Part shown: in pieces, positions 37,313 to 49,209 of the stretch | Layout of the letters: each line of letters opens with the position of its first letter | Position numbering within the stretch: position 1 is the first letter of the stretch | Source of the DNA: Malacoraja senta | Taxonomy: Eukaryota | Assembly (NCBI GenBank): GCA_038087875.1 | Contig: CM075988.1 | Location: 11,596,001-11,660,000, forward strand | Direction of reading: 5' to 3' | Length of the DNA stretch: 64,000 nucleotides | The notes under the pieces: generated by a model | Database searches by the model: none | Seen by the model: only the letters and a program-made list of their open reading frames with translations | Told to the model about the DNA's origin: nothing | Program-made: the position numbers and the translations under genes

Positions 37313-37480
37313 TCTTCTTCTTATCGTGTCCACACACAAGATTAGAAGTTGTTGAGCCAGAGCTGAACACACTTCTCGGCATCTGCATACAATAGTGTCT
37401 GTCTTGTCACTTCTTGTGCGTGGTGGTGAAAAGATTGGTGGAAACAGGGCCGCGACGTGAATGCTCTTTTCTTGATCCCC
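37313..37480 (-). mobile_element. Short retroposon with a 5' HDV-like ribozyme and (AAG)n tail, family 2
   Basis: (CTT)3 left end; imperfect direct repeat TCCTTAACAT/TCCTTATTAT at 37303-37312 and 37481-37490; same architecture as family 1. Confidence 0.75.
37428..37480 (-). ncRNA. Minimal HDV-like ribozyme (family 2)
   Basis: GGGGAUC(P1) AA GAAAAGA(P2) GCA(P3) UUCACGU(L3) CGC(P3') GGCCCU(P1') G UUUCCA CCAA UCUUUUC(P2'). Confidence 0.72.
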
Positions 37481-37624
37481 TCCTTATTATTAATGAAAAC
37501 TCAATGGTGCAACGTGTGGATATTATAGAAATGTCTCCGTTAGTTATTTTCCTTGCTCTGTAAAGGAAAAAAGTCTGTTGACATTGGGAGATTTGACTGC
37601 AGCTTCAGAACTGAATTCACTTAG

Positions 37625-37985
37625 TCGTAGAGTTGTCGAGTGATACAGTACGGAAACAGGCGATTTTGCCCAAGTCGTCCATGCTCACCAAGGTGCCACA
37701 TTTGCCCCCGTTTCTCCAATATCCCTCTAAAGCTTTCATATTCATTTATCTGTCCAAATGTCTTTTAAATGTTAAATGTATCTGCCTTAACTACCTCCTC
37801 TGGCAGCTTGTTCCATATAACCACCACTCTCGGGTGCCCCCGAGCTTCCTATTAAATCTTGTCCCTCTCACCTTAAACCTTTGACCCCTATTTTCTATTC
37901 CCCTGAATAAAAGATTGTGCTTTCACCCTATTCCCCTCATGTCATACACTTTTATAAGGTCACCCCTCAACCTCCCGCGCTCCCC
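37625..37985 (-). mobile_element. CR1 3' fragment
   Basis: Similar to the 39.6 and 51.5 kb CR1 ends. Confidence 0.75.
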
Positions 37986-39574
37986 AGAAAAATTGCTTGT
38001 GCAATAATTTTCCATATTTCCTCACCAGATACATGGCTGATTTGATTGCTTCACTTCAAGCATAATTGTTAATTGTGTGGTGATATGAAGTACATTACCA
38101 GTTCCTGCCCTTTGCCATGTCAAACTCTGCCTCTCTTCATCTTCTCTGTGTGGGTTGGAAGGTAAATGAAATGGGATTGTGCAGTTGGGAATAAGTTCCA
38201 AATTGGCACTTTGATGAAAAACAATTAAGTATTCCATTGGTAGTTTTATTTTGAGGATGCAGTGATTCCTTTTGTGGAGAAAACAGTGATATAAAAGCAA
38301 GTCCTTTCTGAATTTGAAGTGGTGGTGTAAATGGACATTATTTTTTGCGTAGGTATGAATAGGCTACATGATATTGGATGATAGATATGAATTGGATGCT
38401 TAAGTTAAAGATGACAATTACTTTTGAAGTTTTGTCATGGCACCAGGCTTCTGCTTAATAAAGTGCACATAACCTTGAATGCCATTGCGGCATTTTTTCT
38501 TAATTAATTTGCTTTAAAATATTAAATGGCATCAAGTTGTTTCCTAAATTGTCTTGCAAGTGTCTTGCAATCTCTAGCTCTCTGGGTTCTTGGCTCTTTG
38601 CCGGCTCTCCTCAGTGATCTATTGATGCAAAAGTTGGTGGCGTTACATCTAATAAGAACAATTTATCTGTGTCTTAAAATGCGCGTGTCCTTAAAACCTT
38701 GTCCTGTACGTTACACGTTATTTAAAGTAGCAATAAAGCATTTAACAGTGTTGACGGATGAGGGGGAAATACGGTAATGTGTACACTTGTAACAGCACAC
38801 TGAGCAATTAAAAATTAATAAGGATCACAGCTACTATTTAAAAGAGGGCTACAGCAAAAAGTAAATGTTGTTTGGGGAAGTACAATATGTGCTCAACAAG
38901 AGATTTGGCAGCAGATCTAATTAGTTCTTACAGAAAATTAATCAGCCTAATTATGGACATCGTTAACATAAAACAAGGAAAGAAAAACAATGTGTAACAC
39001 TGGGAGCACAAAGGGACACCTTTCAGCAGAGATTTTTCAAGAGTTCTTCAGGAGACGCTGTAAGCATTACAGTCAGTAACAACTGCAAACAATAAGCTAA
39101 TGCCTGAATGCACTTAGTCTTATTCCGTGCATTTTATTTTACTTCGTTTGCCCTCTAGTATACATTTGTACTTGTCATGTCAACTCCCCGATCTGATAGC
39201 AAGATTCCAATTAGTAATTGATGATACTAAATGTGCAGAATCTGCATAACTAAATGAGCTGGTGCCAGACTGAGGTGAGGACTTGTATTAATCACTGTAC
39301 TGGGGACGAGGATGGAGCGGGAGGGCCCACTTCTGTTGTCTCATTATTTAAAGCGATATTGTCAAGGCGATAAGAACAGCTCATTACTGAGACTGAGCTG
39401 AAAGAAGCCGCAATGTTAACCAATAATCTCCAGCATGCTTTTGTTTTACACAAATTTAAAATCGCCCTAAAAATGATAAACGAGATTGATGCATTACACA
39501 GTGGCACACGTAATGGCTGATTGTGGTTCTTGGTAGTTTCTCTTCCACACAAGGCCCTGCACAGTCACCACTTA

Positions 39575-39820
39575 GTGTCATAGAGTGATACAGCATTGAA
39601 ACAGGCCCTTCGGCCTAACGTGCCCCCACCGGCCACCATGTCCCATCTTCACTAGTCCCACCTACCTGCGTTTGGCCCATATCCCTCCAAGCCTGTCCTA
39701 TCTTTGCACCTGTCTAAATGTTTCTTAAACGTTACGATAATACCTGCCTCAATTACCTCCTCTGGCAGCTCGTTCCATACATACATCCACCACCCTTTGT
39801 GTGAAAAAGTGACCCCTCTG
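39575..39820 (-). mobile_element. CR1 3' fragment
   Basis: GAAACAGGCCCTTCGGCC...CACCACCCTTTGTGTGAAAAAG. Confidence 0.8.
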
Positions 39821-40289
39821 GTTGCTTTTTAAAATTTTACAGCCAGCTTTAATCAATTGTTAACATCAGCTTGCCTTTGATCCCTGATGGATTTAGGTTT
39901 TCCATATGCATTGGCACATAACCCAGGATGAGACTCCAGATTAGCATCGAAAGTGTATGGTGTCCTATGGCTACTTTCAGAGAAAGGGCAAATATCTTGG
40001 TCAATAGTTTGCCCTCAATCAATACCATGAAGAGAAGATGAACTATTTGTTCACTTAATTAGCTTGCTTAAGGGCCTTCACTACCTGCTTTGATTGCACT
40101 TGCAAGGTAATAAAAATGCAGCAAACTGCTTTGGGATGCCAAGCATGTCAATGGCACTACCACTGTGACAGCTAGGAAATTTAAATTGAATTAATTAGCT
40201 AAATCCAAAAACGTAAGGTTGGAATTGATAAATAACAAAATTGTAAAATGTAGACACAAGGCACTTTTTTTTGTGTTAGCAAAAATGAC

Positions 40290-40610
40290 TTGGTTTAGTT
40301 TAGATTAGTTCAGTTTAGATACAGCTCGGAAACAGGCCTTTCGCCCACCGAGTCCGCGCTGACCAACGATCCCTGCACACTAACACTATCCTAAACAAAC
40401 TCAGGACAATTTACATTTATACCAAGCCAATTAACCTACAAACCTGCACGCCTTTGAAATGTGGGAGGAAACTGAAGATCTCAGAGAAAACCCACGCAGG
40501 TTATAGGGAGAATGTTCAAACTCCATACAGACAAGCACCTGCAGTCAGAATCGAACCCGGGTCTCTGGCGCTGTAAGGCAGTAGCTCTACTGTGACACCG
40601 TGCCACCCAA
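40290..40610 (-). mobile_element. HE1/V-SINE, near full length
   Basis: (TTTAG)n tail at the left, GAATCGAACCCGGGTC B-box at the right. Confidence 0.88.
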
Positions 40611-41474
40611 ATTGCTGGAGTAGCTCAGCGGGTCAGACAGGATCTCAGGAGAACATGGATTGGTGATGTTTCAGGTTGGGACTCTTCTCCAGACTTTTGC
40701 AAGCCTGCATTTGCTGTTTCTACTTTAATTGACCATCTCACTTTGAATGTGAATAATATGTTGTTAAGTTTTAAATCTCCTACAAAGTCAACTCTTTTCC
40801 CAATATTATCATAGCCCCATTTCTTCTGCTTGCTTTATCGCTTTACCTTTAATTGCAATCGGTCAGTTTCTATGTTCTGCATCAGAAGTTAACAAGAGAA
40901 GGAGAATTGAGGTTACGGCAGAGTTCACTTCGCAAGGCAGCACAGACATAGTTCCAGTGACCAGACTGCTCAGTGCAGATCCCGAAAGGATATTTTAACA
41001 AAAGCCCCATCCTTTGTAATTTTATGTTTGCTCTGTCTTAATCCCAATCTCTCTGGAAGAAAATGGTTGGACATCTAATGTGTGTAATTCTCCACAACTA
41101 TAAACCTCATCTTTTCAGAAAACCCACTCAAAATAAAATCAAAATTTTGCAAGCCATTAGGTTGAATAGGCATAACAACAAAAGTCTGTCAATTGATTAT
41201 GAAACCATGCTTACACACATAATCATGGAGTCTCACATTTTGGAAATTATATTAGTATGCAGTTTTGCTGCTGGCAGCTAAATTATACTTCCTTCAAGGA
41301 TACAAAAGCCATTGGAACATTGCTTAACTCTGCACCAGCCTCTGCAAAACATTTATTTAAGTTTGGGTTTCCTTGCTGTTTTGCCTCTGATGATGGTACA
41401 AGCCAAATTTACTTTCAGGCTTGGACTCGTGTTTGTTTTCAATGCTCTAACATAAGCTGAAAAGGACACAGCAA

Positions 41475-41910
41475 GACATAAGAGGATATTGCCAGGACTC
41501 GAGGGCCTGAGATATATGGAGAGGTTGGATAGCCTCTGACTTTATTGCGATTGAGGAATTCTCTTCTAGAAGTGTATCAAATCATGAGAAGCACAGGCAG
41601 GGAAAATGTACACAGTCTTTTCCCCAGGATTGGGGAACCAAGAACTAGAGAACATTGGTTTAAGGTGAGAGTGGAAAGATTTAATAGGAAACTGAGGGGT
41701 AACTTTTTCAAAGCTAAGAGGGAACGATGTGCCGGAGGAAATGGTTGAAGCAGGTACATTAACGACTTTTAAAAGACATTTGGATAGGCACATGCATAGG
41801 AAAGGTGAAGAGTGATATTGGTCAAGCACAGGCAAATGGAACTGGGGCAATTTGGTCAACATGAAGAAGTTGGATAGAAGGGCCTTTTTCCATGCTGCAT
41901 GACTCTAATT
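41475..41910 (+). mobile_element. CR1 3' fragment
   Basis: RLRNSLLEVYQIMR...LFPRIGEPRTREH.FKVR. Confidence 0.8.
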
Positions 41911-42343
41911 ATTCACCATCCTGGAGTTTCAATGTGAGCAGGGCAACTGCGGGAGAGTAACGTGGGCCAAGTAACATACAGTTCTACCCAATTTCCATTG
42001 TCATCCTCACATCTCATTAAAAAATGCTTCTGCCTACACTGATAGATTCCAAATCTGGCTGTTTGTTTATCTTGAAAATGTTTGCCAACTTCTTTCTATC
42101 GTACCTTTCTACATAAGGAAAGTTTCAATGCCAATGTCACGCTGTGGAAACACTATCATAAGCGGTGTTTTGTTTTAAATTTATTGGATTGCATGGTCCC
42201 TCACCTTCTATCTTTTTCCGAGAAATAATGGCAAATAAAATTACGTAATGACAGTGTACATCAAAGGGACCACTGCACATAATGACATTGTATTTTACCC
42301 TACCAACTGTCCCGTGAACATTGTCCTCTCACCTGTGTATCAT

Positions 42344-42635
42344 GGGGGCGGCACAGTGTCACAGTGGTAGAGTTGCTGCCTTACAGTGCCAGAAACCCAG
42401 GTTTGATCCTTACTATGAGTGCCTTCTGTATGAAGTTTGTACATTCTCTCTGTGACTACGTGGGTTTTCTCCAGGAGCTCAGGTTTCCTCCCAAAATCCA
42501 AAGACGTACAGGTTTGTAGGTTAATTGGCTCTGGTAAAATTGTAAATTGTCCCCAGTGTGCAGTATAGTGCTAGTGTATGGGGTGATCACTGGTCAGAGC
42601 AGACTCAGGGGCCGAAGGGCCAGTTTTGTCTAAAG
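42344..42635 (+). mobile_element. HE1/V-SINE
   Basis: GGGGGCGGCACAGTG...GGTAGAGTTGCTGCCTTACAG head with a full body. Confidence 0.88.
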
Positions 42636-42714
42636 ATTTGGAGACTGGATTTCACGTCCCCCATACGTACTGAAAGGAACCTGTCGTAATGAGAGCTTTG
42701 AAGGGGTGGGGGTC

Positions 42715-43195
42715 ATAAGGTCATAAGTGATAAGGTCACAAGGAACAGGAGTATGATTAGGCCATTTGGTCCACCAAGTCTACTCTGCCATTCAATCATG
42801 GCTGATCTATCTCTCCCTCCTAACCCCATTCTCCTGCCTTCTTCCCATAACCTCTGACACCTGTACTAATCAAGAATATATCTATCTCTGCCTAAAAAAA
42901 TATCTAATGACAGCCTCCACAGCCTTCTGTGGCAAAGAGTTCCACAGATTCACCACCCTCAGACTAATGAAATTTCTCTTCATCTCCTTCCTAAAAGAAC
43001 GTCCTTTAATTCTAAGGCTATGACCTCCAGTCCTAGACTCTCCCACTAGTGGAAACATCCTCTCTGCATCCACTCTATACAAGCCTTTCACTATTCCGTA
43101 TGTTTCAATGAGATCCCCTCTCATTCTTTTAAACTCCAGCGAGTACAGTCCCAGTGCGAAAAAACGCTCATCATAGGTTAGCCTACTCTTTTCTG
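42715..43195 (-). mobile_element. CR1 3' fragment
   Basis: MRGDLIETYGIVKG...RVVNLWNSLPQKAVEA plus a short tandem tail. Confidence 0.9.
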
Positions 43196-43694
43196 GTGTA
43201 AAGGCAGGTTGTGGGCTACAGAGCCTGGCACAGCCAGGTTTCCTGCACCCTTGCTTATAAGCATTGTAATAGATCTTTGACCAAAATCACCTGTAATCAG
43301 AGAGCTTTAAATGGTCTGCAGAACTAATGATACTTAAGTACATGCAATAGAATTTGGTTAAAAATAAATATATTTACTCCATTGAGGTAAAACTGAACAA
43401 TTAAATGCATGGGCCTCAAAATTCTACCAAACTCAATAGGTTGTGTCTGAGTGGTGTTAATGTGATGTGGCAAATATTATTTTCATTGTTGTCCTTCGGC
43501 CCACTACATAGAGGCAACAAATCAAGTGTTGCCCTTTATTGCAAATGAAAATGTGTTACTTGGTTTTCTTCTCCAAGGCCAGGTTTAGAATATCGCCAAT
43601 GGACATAGAAACATAGAAAATAGGTGCAGGAGTAGGCCATTCGGCCCTTCGAGCCTACACCGCCATTCAATATGATCATGGCTGATCATCCAAC

Positions 43695-46600
43695 TCAGTA
43701 TCCTGTACCTGCCTTCTCTCCATACCCCCTGATCCCTTTAGCCACAAGGGCCACATCTAACTCCCTCTTAAATATAGCCAATGAACTGGCCTCAACTACC
43801 TTCTGTGGCAGAGAGTTCCAGAGATTCACCACTCTCTGTGTGAAAAATGTTTTTCTCATCTCGGTCCTAAAGGATTTCCCCTTAATCCTTAAACTGTGAC
43901 GTCCTGGACTTCCATAACATCGGGAACAATCTTCCTGCATCTAGCCTGTCCAACCTCTTAAGAATTTTGTAAGTTTCTATAAGACCCCCCCTCAATCTTC
44001 TAAATTCTAGCGAGTACAAGCCGAGTCTATCCAGTCTTTCTTCATATGAAAGTCCTGACATCCCAGGAATCAATCTGGTGAACCTTCTCTGTACTCCCTC
44101 TATGGCAAGAATGTCTTTCCTCAGATTTGGAGACCAAAACTGTACGCAATACTCCAGGTGTGGTCTCACCAAGACCCTGTACAACTGCAGTAGAATCTCC
44201 CTGCTCCTATACTCAAATCCTTTTACTATGAATGCTAACATACCATTCGCTTTCTTCACTGCCTGCTGCACCTGCATGCCTACTTTCAATGACTGGTGTA
44301 CCATGACACCCAGGTCTCATTGCATCTCCCCTTTTCCTAATCGGCCACCATTTAGATAATAGTCTACTTTCCTGTTTTTGCCACCAAAGTGGATAACCTC
44401 ACATTTATCCACATTATACTGCATCTGCCATGCATTTGCCCACTCACCCAGCCTATCCAAGTCACCTTGCAGCTTCCTAGCATCCTTCTCACAGCTAACA
44501 CTGCCCCCCAGCTTCGTGTCATCCGCAAACTTGGAGATGTTGCATTCAATTCCCTCGTCCAAATCATTAATATATATTGTAAATAGCTGGGGTCCCAGCA
44601 CTGAGCCTTGCGGTACCCCACTAGTCACTGCCTGCCATTCTGAAAAGGGCCCGTTTACTCCTACTCTTTGCTTCCTGTTTGCCAGCCAGTTCTCTAGCCA
44701 CATCAATACTGAACCCCTAATACCGTGTGGTTTAAGTTTGTATACTAATCTCTTATGTGGGACCTTGTCGAAAGCCTTCTGAAAGTCCAGATATAACACA
44801 TCCACTGGTTCTCCCTTATCCACTCTACTAGTTACATCCTCGAAAAATGCTATAAGATTCGTCAGACATGATTTACCTTTCGTAAATCCATGCTCACTTT
44901 GTCCAATGATTTCACCACTTTCCAAATGTGCTGCTATCCCATCTTTAATAACTGACTCTAGCAGTTTCCCCACTACCGATGTTAGACTAACTGGTCTGTA
45001 ATTCCCCGTTTTCTCTCTCCCTCCCTTTTTAAAAAGGGGGGTTACATTAGCTGCCCGCCAATCCTCAGGAACTACTCCAGAATCTAAGGAGTTTTGAAAA
45101 ATTATCACTAATGCATCCACTATTTCTGGGGCTACTTCCATAAGTACTCTGGGATGCAGCCTATCTGGCCCTGGGGATTTATCGGCCTTTAATCCATTCA
45201 ATTTACCTAACACCACTTCCCGGCTAACCTGCATTTCACTCAGTTCCTTCATCTCCTTTGACCCGCGGTCCCCTGCTATTTCCGGCAGATTATTTATGTC
45301 TTCCTTAGTGAAGACAGAACCAAAGTAGTTATTCAATTGGTCTGCCATGTCCTTGTTCCCCATGATCAATTCACATGTTTCTGACTGCAAGGGACCTACA
45401 TTTGTTTTAACTAATCTCTTTCTCTTCACATATCTATAAAAACGTTTGCAGTCAGTTTTTATGTTTCCTGCCAGTTTTCTTTCATAATCTATTTTCCCTT
45501 TCCTAATTAAGCCCTTTGTCCTCCTCTACTGGACTCTGAATTTCTCCCAGTCCTCTGGTAGGCAGCTTTTTCTGGCTAATTTGTACGCTTCATCTTTTGT
45601 TTTGATACTATCGCTGATTTCCCTTGTTATCCACGGATGCACTACCTTCCCTGATTTATTCTTTTGCCAAACTGGGATGAATAATTTTTGTAGTTCATCC
45701 ATGCAGTCTTTAAATGCCTTCCATTGCATATCCACCATCAACCCTTCAAGAATCAATTGCCAGTCAATCTTAGCCAATTCACGTTTCATAACTTCAAAGT
45801 TACCTTTCTTTAAGTTCAGAACCCTTGTTTCTGAATTAATAATGTCACTCTCCATCCTAATGAAGAACTCAACCATATTATGGTCACTCTTGCCCAAGGG
45901 GCCACGCACAACAAGACTGCTAACTAACCCTTCCTCATTACTCAATACCCAGTCTAGAATAGCCTGCTCTCTCGTTGGTTCCTCTACATGTTGGTTTAGA
46001 AAACTATCCTGCATACATTCCAAGAAATCCTCTTCCACAGCACCCCTGCCAATTTGATTCACCCAATCTATATGTAGATTGAAGTCACCCATTATAACTG
46101 TTTTATCTTTGTTGCACGCATTTCTAATTTCCTGTTTGATGCCATCCCCAACTCCACTACTACTGTTAGGTGGCCTGTACACAACACCCACTAGCGTTTT
46201 CTGCCCCTTAGTGTTTCGTAGCTCTACCCATATCGATTCCACATCCTCCAAGCTAATATCCTTCCTTTCCATTGCGTTAATCTCCTCTCTAACCAGCAAC
46301 GCTACCCCACCTCCTTTTTCTTTCTGTCTATCCCTCCTGAATATTGAATATCCCTGGATGTTCAGCTCCCAGCCTTGGTCACCCTGGAGCCATGTCTCCG
46401 TGATCCCAACTATATCATAATCATTAATAGCTATCTGCACATTCAACATCCACCTTATTACGAACGCTCCTTGCATTGAGACACAAAGCCTTCAGGCTTG
46501 TTTTTACAACACTCTTACCCCTTATACAATTATGTTGAAAAGTGGCCTTTTTTGATTTTTGCCCTGGATTTGTCTGCCTGCCACGTTTACTTTTCACCTT

Positions 46601-46798
46601 GTTACCTATTGCTTCTACCCTCATTTTGCACCCCTCTGTCTCTCTGCTCACACATTTAAGAAACCCACCACCTCTTATTCTCTGTTTATTATTTTTTTCT
46701 TCTTTCCCCCCTACCTGTTGGGTCTGAGTGCTTCCCTTCTCTGCCTCCTGCCTCACACACTGTCTACAAGCTTTCTCTATTTGAGTCCCTCCCCCCAA
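43695..46798 (-). pseudogene. CR1 ORF2 (APE endonuclease plus reverse transcriptase), disrupted
   Basis: EN motifs LNARS, DIVGITETW, IMGDFN, SDHN; RT motifs YLDFQKAFDKVPH, GVPQGSVLGP, KFADD; frameshifts near 46445 and 43900, stops at 45526 and 44317. Confidence 0.95.
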
Positions 46799-46803
46799 CC
46801 GTT

Positions 46804-47157
46804 CTAGTTTAAAGTCTCCGCAGTAGCCTTTGCAAATCTCCCCGCCAGGATATTGGTCCCCCTCGGGTTCAAGTGCAACCCGTCCTTTTTGTACAGGTCA
46901 CACCTTCCCCAAAAGAGGTCCCAATGATCCAGAAACTTGAATCCCTGCCCACTGCACCAGTCCTTCAGCCACGCATTAATCCTCCACCTCGCTCCATTCC
47001 TACTCTCACTGTCGCGTGGCACAGGCAGTAATCCCGAGATTGTTACCTTTGCGGTCCTTCTCCTTAACTCTCCTCCTAACTCCCTAAATTCTCCTTTCAG
47101 GACCTCTTCCCTTTTTCTACCTATGTCATTGGTACCTATATGTACCACGACCTCAGG
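46804..47157 (-). pseudogene. CR1 ORF1 C-terminal SGNH/GDSL esterase-like domain (partial)
   Basis: VVVHIGTNDIG and KKDGLHLNPRG (GxND and DxxH blocks). Confidence 0.9.
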
Positions 47158-47324
47158 ACACCATGAGACAATAAGAGAGGCAATGTATGAGAGACTGAAG
47201 CCTAGATATTGAGGTGGCAGGGTAGGTTTGTGGTGGGGAGTAGAGTAGGAAGAGTGCTGTGAGATGTGGAGGGAAGGGAAAGAGATCAGATGCCCGGACA
47301 TAACGAAAATAAATAAAATTAATA

Positions 47325-47453
47325 GGAAGGAACTACAAATGCTGGTTTACACCGACGATAGACACAAAATGCTGGAGTAACTCAGCGGGACAGGCAGCAC
47401 CTCTGGAGAGAAGGAATGGGTGACTTTTCGGGTCGAGACCCTTCATCAGACTG
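47325..47453 (-). mobile_element. Single-arm hammerhead element (family A)
   Basis: Minus strand CAGTCTGATGAAGGGTCTCGACCCGAAAAGTCACCC. Confidence 0.82.
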
Positions 47454-47820
47454 AAAATGGGATAACAGAACTAGTGTGATGGTCGTTGTTGACTCAGTGG
47501 ACCAGGGGGGGGGGGCTGTTTCTGTGCTATATCTTCCCATTAATTAAAACAAAGTCCACCGTGTTCTTGGAGTGATCAGTGATGGGCGCCCATGGACGGT
47601 GTGGTCCAAGTTCTCTTCCAGCCCTCCCAAGATAGTGCTGCATGGTGAGCAATGCAGAACGATGTAGACTGTCACAGGAATCGCATTGGGCTTGCAGAGG
47701 TGACGTGCATCAGCAAATCCCCCGTAAAACACAAAGCAACCCAGAAATGGTTACTATTTCTTTAACTTTGAGAATGAAAAAAAACACAGATTTACTATAG
47801 CAAAAACTTCAAAAAAACAA

Positions 47821-48342
47821 AGGTAGACAATAATGTTGGAGAAACTCAGAAGTGAGGCAGCATCTATCAAAACTCAGAAGTGAGGCAGCATTTATAGAAA
47901 CATAGAAACATAGAAAATAGGTGCAGGAGTAGGCCATTCGGCCATTCAATATGATCATGGCTGATCATCCAACTCAGTATCCTGTACCTGTGAAGGAAAT
48001 AGGGCTATTTCCTTCGCTCCATAGATGCTGCCTCACCCGTTGAGTTTCTCCAGCATTTTTGTCTACCTTCGATTTTGTCTATCTTCGATTTTCCAGCATC
48101 TGCAGTTCCTACTTAAACATTTTGTCTACTCCACTGCGAAAGCTCCTCAAGGTATGCTTGTTCTCCTCTCTCCAGAGGGTTTAACAGCCTCCTCTCTCAC
48201 TGTCCCCCCTCTGTGATTCCCCCTTCCCTCCAACTATAAAAGGCCTATTTCCTTCGCTCCATAGATGCTGCCTCACCCGTTGAGTTCCTCCAGCATTTTT
48301 GTCTACCTTCGATTTTCCAGCATCTGCAGTTCCTTCTTAAAC
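47821..48342. mobile_element. Rearranged family-B hammerhead element with a captured CR1 tail and duplicated arm
   Basis: Tandem AAACTCAGAAGTGAGGCAGCAT x2, CR1 terminus at 47894-47990, right arm present twice (~48003-48118 and ~48243-48341). Confidence 0.75.
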
Positions 48343-49209
48343 TGCAAAAAAACAATCTGTGTTATGCAATTGAATGTTATGCAAATGAATAATACCTGCA
48401 GTATGTGAACAATGGGTCACTATAATTTCTGCAAGGCAAACTTCTGCCATGCTGAGGGTTTTTTTAATTGATTTTTAAGTGTTGCATTAAAATAATTATT
48501 ATGGTTTGACATGACCAATTGTGATAATGTGATCGGACCCAAATAGATCATTACCTATTTTTCCATATTAAAAGGCTTGCAAGACATGTTATGAGGCTGC
48601 AATATCTTTCGCAGGCACAGAGTAATTCTTTCCATTAACCAGTTCACTGGCATTCAACCAAGTTTAATCAATGCAATAAAACTTGCACTTATCTTAGGTA
48701 CATTCATCTTAAGTGAAGCATGTTTCTAATCTACCCCCATTCCCATACAAGTTGAGTGTATTCCATTCTAAGTGTTACAACACACAAAAAAACCTTTACA
48801 ACAGAGTAAACTGTTAAAATGAATTGCCAGACGACTGGATCTCTCTCGTGCACAGTAATTCTGAAATAATGGGAAGATAGGAGGTGATGTTGAGACATCA
48901 CTTGTTTCAAATCACCTCCTTTGTGTGCTTAAGTGTCACTTTTGTATTTTATGACTCCTTCAGAAGCCTTGAAATGCATAATTGCTTTCCCCGTGTCTCA
49001 TTATAACCTGGATAGTATTATAAAATGGAATGGTCGTGGCTCAGACACAACTCCAGTAAAATCAGATTCCAGTTATTATCCCATGGAACCTCTGGATTTA
49101 CAGCTGATGGTCTCAACTGTCAAGGGCAAATCCGTGTGGATTGTTACTTGAACTCTTTGAAATGAGGAAATAGCAGGTATGTACGACTATTCTGTGAATC
49201 ATCAGAGAA

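Larger units (their letters stand above)
43604..47157 (-). mobile_element. CR1 LINE, 5'-truncated within ORF1, young but disabled
   Basis: ORF1 esterase domain, ORF2 APE endonuclease and RT, 3' UTR and (TTTCTATG)n tail. Confidence 0.96.

Noticed and set aside
44378..46420. Several plus-strand ORFs over the CR1
   Set aside because: Antisense shadows of CR1 ORF2
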